Part shown: one piece after another, positions 13,801 to 25,982 of the stretch
Layout: the number at the start of each line of letters is the position of its first letter
Numbering within the stretch: the first letter of the stretch is position 1
Translations under genes and position numbers: made by a program
Notes under the pieces: model-generated
Databases searched by the model: none
What the model was told of the DNA's origin: nothing
What the model saw: the letters and a program-made list of their open reading frames with translations, nothing else
Source: Oculina patagonica
Taxonomy: Eukaryota
Assembly: GCF_052425735.1 (NCBI RefSeq)
Contig: NC_135761.1
Span: 496,001 to 560,000, forward strand
Length of the DNA: 64,000 nt
Direction of reading: 5' to 3'

Positions 13801-15351
13801 TCACCGATGACAAAAACTACAAACCAAAATGCAAATCATTTGATTTCTTGTAGCCTTGAGTTAAGTTGATGCTATTTGGCTAATCCTAGTTGTCACTTTT
13901 TAGATTTATTTATTAAAAAAAATGAAAGGAAAGATTCTCTTTTGATTATATTTTTACAAAAAAAAAACAATAAAATTAAGAAAATAGTACAGTTTTAGAG
14001 AATACTTGACTGAGAAAACAACCCTTACTCACAGTTGGTTTCTTCCTTTATATTCAAGATTATTGATGCCTGTTTGCAATACTTTCTTAAATTAAGACTC
14101 TTGTCATATCAACAGTTTTGTGTTTTTTGGCACAGCACAGTGTAAACAAGGCGTTAATCCCAGTCACTCTTGAGACAATCTACTAATCTACTAAATTAAA
14201 CATTGGTAAACAAATTCAGCAAACTGGTAAATGAAAAATGCTAATGAGTGACAATGTGCTGAAGTCAATGTTAAAAAAACTAATCAGTTTATGAGTTCAC
14301 ATGAGAATTGACATGAACTTGAAAATCGCAGGGCTGTAGCTGCTTTGAGGCAAACCAAAGAAGGGGTGGTGAATGGTCCTTCAAAAATACGTGTCTCACA
14401 AAATTTTAGCCAATTTTCAGGGGTCTTATCGTTTCGAATTTTTCTTTGACGCCTTCTCAGTGTCTCGATTTCTTTTGCAAGGCTAAAAAGGTCTCGGGCT
14501 CGCAGAAAAGTTATCAGTCTCGCCGTCTCGCCGCCAAATGAGTCAAGGAGTCTATCTGATTGGACCGAGGTTGAGTACAATGCTTCTATACCACAGCCTC
14601 CCTTCAACTTGTAAAATCTATGCGCTTTAAATACATCTAGCCTGACAAACGTACCCCCTTTAGGGATAGCCTCCACAAATAACTTTCATTATAACGAGAC
14701 AGTCCCCCCCCTCCAAGACCCTTGCGGAAGATACTCTCTTTAATGGACTCTGTGGTACTACTTATAAGATTAATATATATCAAATGAGTAACTTATCAAC
14801 TAAATACTTAATATACCTATGCACATATGTGGAGCAGCTGTTACAATGTATATGCAGGCAATTGCAGGTGTTCAGCAAATTCCCCTTTCACTGCTGAAAG
14901 ATTATCATCTGGAACACGATTGACAGATACAGAACGTACAGTGTAAAAATAAAACCTGCAAATTTCTTTCGATTTTCAAGGATATGTATTTAAAATTGGT
15001 AATCTGTACAACCCATGGCTTATCCTTGTATCGAGATATACCAAAAAATCCCAGATGAACGGCGTTTATTCAAAACCAGACATTTTTAGCTCTCATTAAC
15101 AAGCAATTTTTTTGGCTTATATTATCACTATAAGCCCTTACCCGTAATTTCTCCACTTCTTGCTCCAGAAGATCACATCTCGCGGCTTTGGCCTGCTGTA
15201 GCTCCAATTCAGCTATTCTAGCTTTTAACAGATCATTTTCAGAGTGTAAATCCTGAAGGTGTAACAGAGTTCTTATGTGCTTTCCTGTCAGCCGTCCATC
15301 TTGTTCTACTCTATTCTCGTAACTCGCTCTCCGGTCTGTTTTAGTAGACAT
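10804..15351 (-). CDS. Coiled-coil protein of about 385 aa, function unknown; exons 15142-15351, 13219-13353, 12688-12750, 11742-11831, 10804-11463
   Basis: Five phase-0 exons with GT/AG sites join into one E/K/L-rich heptad ORF. Confidence 0.82.
13444..13663. mobile_element. hAT-like MITE with 5-bp TSD (aacta)
   Basis: TIR cagggtgcaaagaaatt / aacttctttgcacgctg; aacta on both sides; a damaged duplicate at about 26339-26557. Confidence 0.65.
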
Positions 15352-15757
15352 CGCCTTGAGCCAAAATAGATGACTTAATCGCAAGTTTTGCTTCTTCTTT
15401 TGATTCTTGATCACTAAAACACAGACAAAGTCACAAAGTGATTTAACTTCCCGCTTTTCGGTGTATAAACTATCTTGTACAGTTAGCAATTAAGTTGTTT
15501 ATTCGTCGGCAAGGAACCACTCAATTTGCATTTTTCGTATATAGGTCCCAGTTCCCCCGACACGTTAAAGCAGTGACGCCTGGAGGAATTTAAAAATTCC
15601 TTCAAAACAAAACTGACATAAGACACGTTAAAGCAGTGACGCCTGGAGGAATTTAAAAATTCCTTCAAAACAAACCTGACAAAAGGCACGTTAAAGCAGT
15701 GACGCCTGGAGGAATTTAAAAATTCCTTCAACACAAAACTGACAAAAGGCACGCAAC
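15352..15757. promoter_or_regulatory. Bidirectional promoter/5' region between the coiled-coil gene and the GH13 gene, with a 3 x 63-bp tandem repeat (15561-15753)
   Basis: Divergent ATGs about 400 bp apart. Units start at 15561, 15624 and 15687. Copies at 22.8 kb and 50.3 kb have a single unit. Confidence 0.7.
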
Positions 15758-17446
15758 ATGGGTGTCGAGGATTTCGGTGGCTTCGGGCCGATTATTGTAG
15801 CCTTTTTAGTTGCAGTTTTTGTCAATGTGGTGATATTTACTCTCTGGAAGGGATACAAAGAAAGAAAGGAGCAGGAAGAGCAAAAGAAATGGTGGAAAGA
15901 AAATGTTATCTATCACATATATCCTCGCTCTTTCCAAGACTCCAATGGCGACGGAAATGGCGATTTACGAGGGATAACAAACAGACTCGACTACTTTGAA
16001 TTCTTGGGAATCAAGATCCTTTACTTAAGCCCGATTTTTAAATCACCCATGGTAGACAATGGGTATGATGTGTCCGACTTCAAAGACATTGATCCCCTGT
16101 TTGGAAACCTGAATGACTTTGATGAACTTCTAAAAGAGGTCCATGCAAGAGGCATGAAACTCATGCTGGACTTCGTACCTAACCACACCTCAGATCAGCA
16201 TCCCTGGTTCCTGGAAAGCCGCTCCAGTAAACACAGTCCTAAACGAGACTGGTACGTGTGGCTTGACCCTGCCCCAGGGGGTGGACCACCTAATAATTGG
16301 ACCAGTGCCTTTGGGGGAAGTGCATGGAACTATGATGCTAAAACAGGACAGTACTATTTGCATCAGTTTTTTCCAGAACAACCAGACCTCAACTTTAGAA
16401 ATTTTGAGGTGCGTCAGGCTGTCAATGAGATTCTAATGTTCTGGCTTGATCGGGGGGTGGATGGGTTTAGAGTGGACGCAGTCTCACATCTTGTTGAAGA
16501 TTCTAAATTTCGAGATGAGCCCACCAAGTCTGAATACGACCCCTTACACCCCCAGTATAGTCATTTGGAACATATTTACACCAAAGATGTGGATGATAAT
16601 CACAAAATTGTACAAGAGTGGAGAGCACTTCTAGATAAGTACAAAGACTCCTACAGAATTCTTATCGGTGAAATCATGTCAGATCTTCCAGAGGTTCTCA
16701 AGTATTATGGGGGATGGAAGAATGAGTTTGACTTCCCCTTCAACTTTGGGTTGTTTGGGTTATGCAAATCCACAACTGCAAAAGATGTACGTAAAGTCAT
16801 CTCTGATTACTTTGCTGCTCTTCCAAGGGGTAGATGGCCAAATTGGGTCCTGGGAAATCATGATATGCCCAGAATAGCCACTAAAGTTGGTCAAGAGTTC
16901 TGCCGTGCAGTGAATGTACTCCTTCTGACCCTCCCTGGAACAGCTGTCACTTATTATGGTGAAGAAATTGGAATGGCAAATGCAAAAATCCCCTGCAACG
17001 ATTTCCGAGATCCCCAGAGGTCACCCATGAGGTGGAGCAGTCAGGAACATGCTGGGTTTTCAACTGGAGCTACACCATGGTTGCCAGTTGGAGAGAATGT
17101 TGAGACAGTCAATGTTGAGGCTCAGATGTTAGATCCAACTTCTGTTTTACATCTGTATAGGGAACTACTGAGGTTAAGGTCTACATCGGAATGCTTCAAA
17201 GGAGTCAGTTTCAAAGTTGTTCACGTGGACCCTTCAATTCTTGCCTATACAAGGTCAGGACGGCACTGCACGTTTCTCATTGTAATAAACTTTAAACGTG
17301 ATGAGATTTGGAAGGGGCCACTAAATGGCATCACAGGTTCAGGAGTTGTTGAAATTGACAGCGAGATGGCGATGAAAGGAACAAGTGTTCAATTTGATAG
17401 AATCACTCTCAATAAAGGACAGGCTCTTGTTATTAAGACAAAGTAG
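15758..17446 (+). CDS. Intronless membrane-anchored GH13 alpha-glucosidase (maltase/SLC3A1-like), copy A, 562 aa
   Basis: N-terminal TM helix. WWK..VIYHIYPRSFQDSNGDGNGDL, DNGYDVSD, DFVPNHTS and QPDLN motifs. Catalytic triad in GFRVDAV, IGE and GNHD. Confidence 0.95.
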   Translation: MGVEDFGGFGPIIVAFLVAVFVNVVIFTLWKGYKERKEQEEQKKWWKENVIYHIYPRSFQDSNGDGNGDLRGITNRLDYFEFLGIKILYLSPIFKSPMVDNGYDVSDFKDIDPLFGNLNDFDELLKEVHARGMKLMLDFVPNHTSDQHPWFLESRSSKHSPKRDWYVWLDPAPGGGPPNNWTSAFGGSAWNYDAKTGQYYLHQFFPEQPDLNFRNFEVRQAVNEILMFWLDRGVDGFRVDAVSHLVEDSKFRDEPTKSEYDPLHPQYSHLEHIYTKDVDDNHKIVQEWRALLDKYKDSYRILIGEIMSDLPEVLKYYGGWKNEFDFPFNFGLFGLCKSTTAKDVRKVISDYFAALPRGRWPNWVLGNHDMPRIATKVGQEFCRAVNVLLLTLPGTAVTYYGEEIGMANAKIPCNDFRDPQRSPMRWSSQEHAGFSTGATPWLPVGENVETVNVEAQMLDPTSVLHLYRELLRLRSTSECFKGVSFKVVHVDPSILAYTRSGRHCTFLIVINFKRDEIWKGPLNGITGSGVVEIDSEMAMKGTSVQFDRITLNKGQALVIKTK

Positions 17447-18081
17447 ACACTTCTAGATATAGTATCAAATAAACACAAAAAATCATGCTCTTGGCTGAGG
17501 AAGATATCAAACTATCTATTATTTTTGCCCCCAACCACATGCTATTCTTTTCGTGCATTAAAGCAGTACTTTGAAGGACAGTAAACAGATCTTGGTACTT
17601 GTACATTTAAATTTATTGCATATTTTGTTCCCTAAGTTTTTATAAAAATACAAGCAATTATTATCTTCATAGAATTCCCCTCTATCTAACTTCCTATCAA
17701 TTATTTATACAGTAGTTATTATTAAAGTTACAAGTCTGACCAAAAAAATAAACTGTAAAACCTGTATATAGCTATGTGAATTGCATAAGTTTTTAAATAA
17801 AGACAATTCTTGAGTAGTTCTTATTGTAGCAACCAACCAGTTCATTTGGTTCATTCGGGTAATGTCCATGTACAATATCTAACTGCGCCTCTTTTTCACT
17901 TAAGTAAGTAAGTAAGTAAGTAAGTACTTTATTTAGACACATGTCACCAATGAGCCAGGGGCTCGTTTAAAAGTGAACGTGTATTCTAAAAATTACAATG
18001 TAAAAAAAATTTAAATATGATTATCTATTCAATAAAAATACATAAATTAGACTTCAATAAAGACAAAGTTTCCATGAGTCA

Positions 18082-18306
<225 letters not shown>

Positions 18307-18421
18307 TTATTTAATCTCAAATTATATCATAAAGTTAATGTTGCATCCTCTTCAGATCCACACAAGGTTTGGATCTCAAGAGCAATACCTATTAGGCCAT
18401 AATAAGAATTATTCCTCATTA

Positions 18422-18539
18422 AATAGACCATATTCGTATTCTCGGTATTAGACTGAAACTAGCTTGCAATGGAGGCTGATATGGGGGAATATCATTAAAA
18501 AGAGCTTCATGTCATTTGCATTTGAAAGATTACCGCTTT

Positions 18540-18572
<33 letters not shown>

Positions 18573-18594
18573 CGAGAATACGAATATGGTCTAT
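18422..18594. mobile_element. Palindromic MITE in a METTL9 intron (also about 45528-45701 and 53204-53377)
   Basis: aatagaccatattcgtattctcggtatt is inverted as aataccgagaatacgaatatggtctatt. Confidence 0.75.
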
Positions 18595-18851
18595 TACATC
18601 ACCAGCTACCCACTACTCGCACATTAAAACAGCCTCCAATTGGTGTACCATTTTGGTACACCAATATGATGGACGCATACTAAGATCTGTAATTTTTCCA
18701 AATATCGTTTTCAATATAAGTTAACTTGGTTGCAGTAAACACTGCAGAGTTGATATTTGGGCAATATAATTCTTTTCATCTACTCTTCCATGTATTTTCC
18801 ATCTGACTTTGTTGATGTTTTTAATGCAAGAGAACTGATCTTGTTATTTTG

Positions 18852-19073
18852 CAACCCTCCAAGTTAAGACCATTTTAGTCGCCATGGTGACTAAAATGTT
18901 GGAGCTGGCGACTAAATTGGAACCAAAGTCGCCAGCCTGGCGACTAAAATTGAGAAGAAGGATTGAAAGTGTGAGCTTAATTTAGCGACTAAATTTTTTT
19001 ACTGGCGACCAAACCTGAGCAGTTGGTGGCCAAATGGCCACTCACTAAGGAAAAAAATAAACTTGGAGAGTTG
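18852..19073. mobile_element. 222-bp MITE with 6-bp TSD attttg (copy at 45958-46179; empty site near 53628)
   Basis: TIR caaccctccaagtt / aacttggagagttg; absent from the intact METTL9 copy. Confidence 0.85.
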
Positions 19074-19337
19074 ATTTTGGTAACACAATCTATAAAGCAC
19101 AAAGTGCCATACTACTGATGCCTGAAAATAGCTTTAAAAGATTTGTTTCATGTTGAACTACCGGTAGCCCTCCTGCTAGCTAGCCTGAGTCTGGACATAA
19201 CATCTCGTCACAGTGGAAAGTAGTTTTCAGAAAAAAATAAAAACCCTTACCTGATTCTACACGAGGTTTAAATGGAAGAACCACTGCTACAATCAGTCTA
19301 CCAGTAACTGGATGTAGAGTGCGTTTAATATCACTTA

Positions 19338-19460
<123 letters not shown>

Positions 19461-21039
19461 TTAATTCCTTAGTAGCGGCTGATGTTGTACATTTTATCCT
19501 AAAAAAATCTGTTACTCCTTATGACAGGGGTCCAACATTTGAGCAAAAAATCCTGTTATAAAGATCACCCATGAGAAATCTGTACCATTTCTTCATTACA
19601 AGAATCTTTGTAAGGCAGCATATGAAATCAGTATCCATTTATTGGCCTATATTTCTGACAACATGATGATTGATAACTTGCAATTAATAATTCGTTATGT
19701 GATATCCTAGGTATGTAAATTATGCATGCAAAGCGATGGAGCTAGATGGCCCTTTGCAAGCATTGCATGCCTATGATGTTTGATAGTGATTGACATGAGC
19801 TACAAACACTAGATTTTAAAACTTACAGTGCTTTACCGGTACCCTTACAAAAAATCATGGTCAGTCTAACAATTTTCAAAAGGAGAATGGAGACTTGATT
19901 AATAACAATGTCTTACTTGAATCCTCTACCACTCAGCCTCCATCTCATCGATGGTGACTGTTCTGTAACATAGACTTCATCAAAGTGATGTTTAATAACA
20001 CTGGTTACTTTGCCGTCACTAGCTCCCAAGTCCAGCAGAGTGCCAGTCTTCCATGACTCATCTACACTCATTAGTCTTTGAAACTGGGCATTGCAAAACA
20101 CAAACATTGATCCACGATCCAAAATTCTACAAGAAAAAATTCCAATAGATGGTGAACTTGAGGAAATGGATGTCTCAGCACTAGACTACAAGCAGTCCCA
20201 CTTGTTTGATCTTAGATGGAATAAGATAAAAGAGAAGTTGATCATGGTCTATCCCAGCAAATTTCCATTTCCTTCCCCTATGAGACAAAGTGTCTGTCAT
20301 TCATTACAAAATTGATCTCTGTAAAACACTACAGAGATCAATGACAGACATGTTTCTACTGGTTGTCGCTGATGCATGTAACAACCAATGTGTAGTTCCA
20401 GAAAATATCCATAACCCTGCCACGGAAGGGTTTTTGTTTTGTACCCCCCTCCCCCCCAGGAATTTCCGTTCCAGAGGGTCTGTGAGGGCCCCCCACCCCC
20501 CAGGAATTTCCAATATTTTTAAACACCCTTTAAAATTCGAAATTGCTTCGTACTTTAAAACGTAGGACGATTGTAACAATCAAGTTGTATCCTTAGCATT
20601 GGGACACTAAATAAATCGGCAGAAACGTTTAATACGTGCGTGATCTTCACTTGTAAATCAGAAATCAGTATGTAAACATGTAGCTTCAAAACTTCATTCA
20701 CACCGCTAGAATAATTTTTTAATTAGTTAAAAGCCTGGGCCTTTTTTATTTCTTTCACTGTTAGTCATTAATTTACTAGAAGATATGTTACAATTTCTGC
20801 GAACATTTCCTCGCACACCATGTACAAGTGTTTCGCGCCCACCATCTGCCTGAAATATCTGGGTGAAATATAAACCTCAACATTTGACGAGTGCAATAAA
20901 TTCGCGGAGACTTAAATATTCCGTTTACTTGCCTACAAGTATTGACAAAAACTGGTCGAGAAAGACGGTGAATGACGAGTTGTAAGAATGAAATTGATAG
21001 AAACCGAACTAACAACTTTTTCTCACCCTAAACACTTAA

Positions 21040-21890
21040 GGAGGCTTGATGTAGTTTTTTTAGCCGAAGGGTGGTTGTTTTGAAAATTAAAATTCTCTGG
21101 CAAGCCAATGTTCAATTTTTGCCAAAATACACCATAATGATCAAATATGACCAAATTTTAATTTTTTACCGGTCATTTTGTCAGAAAGGGTACCATAGCA
21201 ACCATTGACCGTTTCTTTTGTTTTCAAACAAGCTTGATTTTCTCGAAATCTAGATTGACTCTTGTTGTTTATTTTTTGATATGTTAAAGTTTAGTAGATT
21301 GACTAGCTCTTGACAAAATTTTAGAAAAATCTGTAAGAGCGTTTTCAAGTAAATCAAGAATGAAATTTTCAGAAAAACCACGTTTTAATCTAAAATAGGT
21401 ACTTTTAAATTGTTTCGTATTATTTGAGCGCAGTTACTCTCACTAAAATATGAATACTTACACCATCAAAGACCATTTACTGAAAGCGAAAGAGTTTTTG
21501 CTTTAATTTGTTAAAATATATAGACTGCCATTGTAGGAAATTATGAGGAATTAACATAAACTTTATTCTTGATTTACTTGAAAACGCTCTTACAGATTTT
21601 CCTAAAATTTTCTGTACAGGTAGTCAATTAATCTACTATACTTGAACATATCAAAAAATGAATACCAAGAGTCAAGCTAGATTTCAAGAAAATCAAGCTT
21701 GTTTGAGAACAAAAGAAAACGTCAGTGGCTGCTATGGTAATCTTTGTGATTAAGTGATGGGTAAAAAATAAAAATTTGGTCATATTTGATCGTTATGGTG
21801 TATTTTGGCAAAAATCGAGCATTGGCTTCCTTGATAATTTTAATTTTCAATACAACCACCCTTCGGCTAAAAAAACTACATCGAGCCTCC
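21040..21890. mobile_element. Kolobok-like MITE with long TIRs (about 300 bp) and TTAA flanks
   Basis: ttaa|ggaggcttgatgtagtttttttagccgaagggtggttg ... caaccacccttcggctaaaaaaactacatcgagcctcc|ttaa; purine-purine termini. Confidence 0.8.
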
Positions 21891-22429
21891 TTAAAAGAAT
21901 GATCCCACCACTACAAGTGCATTTGACGCAGACGCAAACAAGCACAGAAGCCTGACATCTCTTTCTGGTCGCTACTGAAATTCAGACAAGAGTTTCCGTA
22001 AATAAAACCGGTTCTTAAATTTGAGAGGTGAAAATTCTGTAGTCGGCAAACGAAAAATTCCACTTGAAAAACATCATAAGCCCTGCCGGAAATAAGCTTG
22101 CGTGTTGTCACCATGAATAATGTGTTACCATGTCTTATTTCCGCTAGGTAATATATTCACACAACAAGTAATTCCGCAGCAAACAATGTCGTGACGTACA
22201 TGGCACAGAAAAAAAGAAGCCTAATTTATTGTGCAGTCCATCGGCATCAATAAATAAAGGCGACAAAAAGACTTCACTAATTTTATATTAGATTTTTGCT
22301 GTAAAACAAGTTATATAAAAAAGGCGGGGGCAGCTAGTGAGAACTATTACTTGTATATGTATATGTGGATGTTGGGCAGCTGTTGCAATGTATTATGCAA
22401 AATTAACTTTATATTATCAATACCCTTAC

Positions 22430-22639
22430 CCGTAATTTCTCCACTTCTCTCTCCAGAAGATCACATCTCGCTGCTTTGGCCTGTTGTAGCTCCAATTCAG
22501 CTATCCTAGCTTTTAACTGATCATTTTCAGAGTGTAAATCCTGAAGGTGTAACAGAGTTCTTATGTGCTTGCCTGTCAGCCTTCCATCTTGTTCTACTCT
22601 GTTCTCGTAACTCGCTCTCCGGTCTGCCTTAGTGGACAT
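22430..22639 (-). CDS. Intact duplicate first exon of the coiled-coil gene (copy B); possible alternative first exon
   Basis: 210 nt, ATG to CGG|gtaagg donor, no stops. Confidence 0.55.
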
Positions 22640-22920
22640 CGTCTTGGGCTAGAATAAATGACTTAACCGCAAGTTTTGCTTCTTCTTTCAATTCTTGATC
22701 ACTAAAACACAGACAAAGTCACAAAGTGGTTTAACTTCCCGCTATTTCGTTGTACACAAACTATCATGGACAGTTAGCAAGTTGTTTATTCGTCGGCAAG
22801 GAACCACTCAATTTGCATTTTTCGCATATAGGTCCCAGTTCCCCTGCCCTTACACCATCAAATGACGCCTGGAGGAATTTAAAAAATTCTTCAACACAAA
22901 ACTGACTAAAGGCACGTAAC

Positions 22921-25900
22921 ATGGGTGTCGAGGATTCCGTTGGTTTAGGGCCAATTAGTTCAGGCATTTTATCGCATAAAAGAGGTCAACCTGATACTAA
23001 TTGCAACAGAAGGTTTTTTAACGGATTTTGATCTAGGAACATGTCCTCTATAACATATCAAAAGTCTCTGAAAATCTGAGCAGGGGAAGGTGACTAAAAA
23101 CGGGTTTTTTTAGAACCCTGTATCGTCCCTGTATAATGCAGCATGGAAACGAGGCTCCTCTACTATCTGCTGTGTTGTTTGTGTTTTATGCCACGTTCAG
23201 CATGGGCTAGCAGAGAAAGAAATATTTTTTGTTTGTTTTCCTGATAGTTAAGTCCAATTACATGTAGATTAGATCAGATAATTGCTTTAAAAAAGATGAT
23301 TAAATCTATAAAAATACACAAATCGACACAAAGCTTGTAGAAAGCGTCTGCGCTGTTGCTTATCTGTTTGAGGTATTTAGCGTAGGAATTTGTTTTCCGC
23401 TAACAAAGTTAAAACATAAAAAAAATAAGCTAAAATAAACATGGATGTCATGTGCTAAGGTTATGCAGTTCAAAAAAAATCATTGTGGCCTGTATAGTGA
23501 ATCCCAAATTGAGTTTCAACTCAGTGCACGAAAACTGACATTCCATTTATCGCTTCGCGCTTCGTGCGTTATCTTTTTCTCATAACTTAGAAATCTCTAG
23601 ATCTGAATAAAAACTTTTCTAAAATGAAAATTTATCCGAACAATAAATTCGTTTTGAGCACAAAATATTCTGCCTAAAATTCATTTTCACTGAAGACTTA
23701 ATTTGGCAAGAATAGAACCAAACGTTATCAAAAACTCAAGAAAGCCAATTTAAGTCACATTTAGGCAATCAACCTAGACGTTTCCACAAGTAGCTGTTAT
23801 TAGAATTGAGAACCGTTTTGTGCAAAAAGCGTTGTTGATATCGTTGACTTGTTGTCTTTTACACGTTCCCATCTGCCTGTAATTTCAGAAAACAAGATAC
23901 TCACCTATGTATGACACAGAAAAGTGAGTTATTTGTAAAAAAAAAACTTTGACGGCGCGGTCGAGGTCGTAACGCTAAGAGAAAAGGGAAGCGCGGGAAT
24001 TAATCGGGCGAGCACAGAGCGAAAAGATTCTATCACTACGGTTCCTGTGCAGCAGGTTCATCAGGACTGCCGGCGAGAATATTGTCTGCCAAGTAACATC
24101 AAGCGAGCCAAGAAAATTCTTACTTCTGAAACAACTAGTAATCATCGCTCTCTAACTCGCCAAGTAGAACAATATTTTTCATTCAAAACTGACTATTTCT
24201 AATGTGGTACCAAAGTTGAGCTCGGGAAACAGAGAAAAAGACTGGGGGATGCGTTCAGGGTTACAACAATTGAAACGAAAGGCACGATATTGAAAATTTG
24301 TTCAGAGAGAGGGGACGAGGGGTCTGACACGATAAGAGCTAGGCTTCTAAATGTGCATGATTTGCCTGCTGTTGACGCAGTTTACCACCAGACCTGCAGT
24401 GTAAACTTCCGCACAAAGAGGAAATTACCTAAAGTTTATGAAGTGGATGAGCAACTCGCTGTCAATTGTTTCCTGTGCGACGGACCTTCCGCCTGCGCCA
24501 GACTCGCTTTTACAGGTGCATCTGCCATAAGAATGGTATGCAGTGCTCTCCAGCCTGCGGCCAGTGCGAAAGGTCCGCGTGCACTAACTTTACCAACGCT
24601 CTGGAATACGAAAGTGAAGATTCGGAAGGCTTCCTTGAATAGCATGACTGTGTAGATTACAATTCAATAATGACTCTATCTCTAGCTTGAAGATAAGTGA
24701 TAAACGTGTCTTGACCAATGTAAACTTTCAAATAACAGCATTTTAAAAACTGCTCTTTTATGGGTCTTTATTTTAAGATTAAGGCCAGGGAAACATTGTA
24801 TTAAGAGTATGTTCTTAATTTTAAAGAAAAGGCATGATTTATACCAATAAAACAGCAGCTTCCTGTTTATAGCCTCGTTTTCATGTTGCAGCAGAAAGCG
24901 AGTTAGACGTTGATCGTATTTGGAAGTGTTTCCAAGCTTGAATCTTTAGAGACTTTTAGTATGTTATTGTATAGGTCATTCCTAACTAGTTTACGTTGAG
25001 AAAGCTTCTGTTGCAATTAGTAGTAGGTCTGATTACAAAATGCCTGGACTAAATTATTGTAGCCTTTTTAGTTGCAGTTTTTGTTAATGTGGTGATATTT
25101 ACTCTCTGGAAGGGATACAAAGAAAGAAAGGAGCAGGAGGAGCGAAAAAAATGGTGGAAAGAAAATGTTATCTATCACATATATCCTCGCTCTTTCCAAG
25201 ATTCCAATGGCGACGGAAATGGCGATTTACGAGGGATAACAAACAGACTCGACTACTTTGAATTCTTGGGAATTAAGATCTTATATTTAAGCCCGATTTT
25301 TAAATCGCCCATGGTAGACAACGGGTATGATGTGTCCGACTTCAAAGACATTGATCCCCTGTTTGGAGACCTGAATGACTTTGATGAACTTCTAAAAGAG
25401 ACACATGCAAGAGGCACGAAACTCATGCTGGACTTCGTACCTAACCACACCTCAGATCAGCATCCCTGGTTCCTGGAAAGCCGCTCCAGTAAACACAGTC
25501 CTAAACGAGACTGGTACGTGTGGCTTGACCCTGCCCCAGGGGGTGGACCACCCAATAACTGGGTCGGCGTCTTTGGGGGAAGTGCATGGAACTATGATGC
25601 TTAAACAGGACAGTACTATTTGCATCAGTTTTTTCCAGAACAACCAGACCTCAACTTTAGAAATTTTGAGGTGCGTCAGGCTGTCAATGAGATTCTAATG
25701 TTCTGGCTTGATCGGGGGGTGGATGGGTTTAGAGTGGACGCAGTCCCACATCTTGTTGAAGATTCTAAATTTCGAGATGAGCCCACCAAGTCTGAATACG
25801 ACCCCTTACACCCCCAGTATAGTCATTTGGAACATATTTACACCAAAGATGTGGATGATAATCACAAAATTGTACAAGAGTGGAGAGCACTTCTAGATAA

Positions 25901-25982
25901 GTACAAAGACTCCTACAGAATTCTTATCGGTGAAATCATGTCAGATCTTCCTGATGTTCTCAAGTATTATGGGGGATGGAAG
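22921..25982 (+). pseudogene. GH13 alpha-glucosidase copy B, inactivated
   Basis: 2.1-kb insertion after about codon 11, AAA>TAA nonsense change at 25602-25604, and truncation at the duplication junction 25982. Confidence 0.92.
22956..25051 (+). mobile_element. Internally deleted Academ-like DNA transposon
   Basis: Termini tagttcaggcatttt / aaaatgcctggacta, with imperfect TIRs extending about 200 bp. 3-bp TSD aat (22953-55 and 25052-54). Degenerate transposase fragments DLPAVDAVYHQTC and the CXC-like CICHKNGMQCSPACGQC. Confidence 0.72.

Noticed and set aside
15483-15752. Repetitive 89-aa minus-strand ORF (also 42616-42858)
   Set aside because: By-product of the 63-bp repeat being a multiple of three; not present as such in single-unit copies
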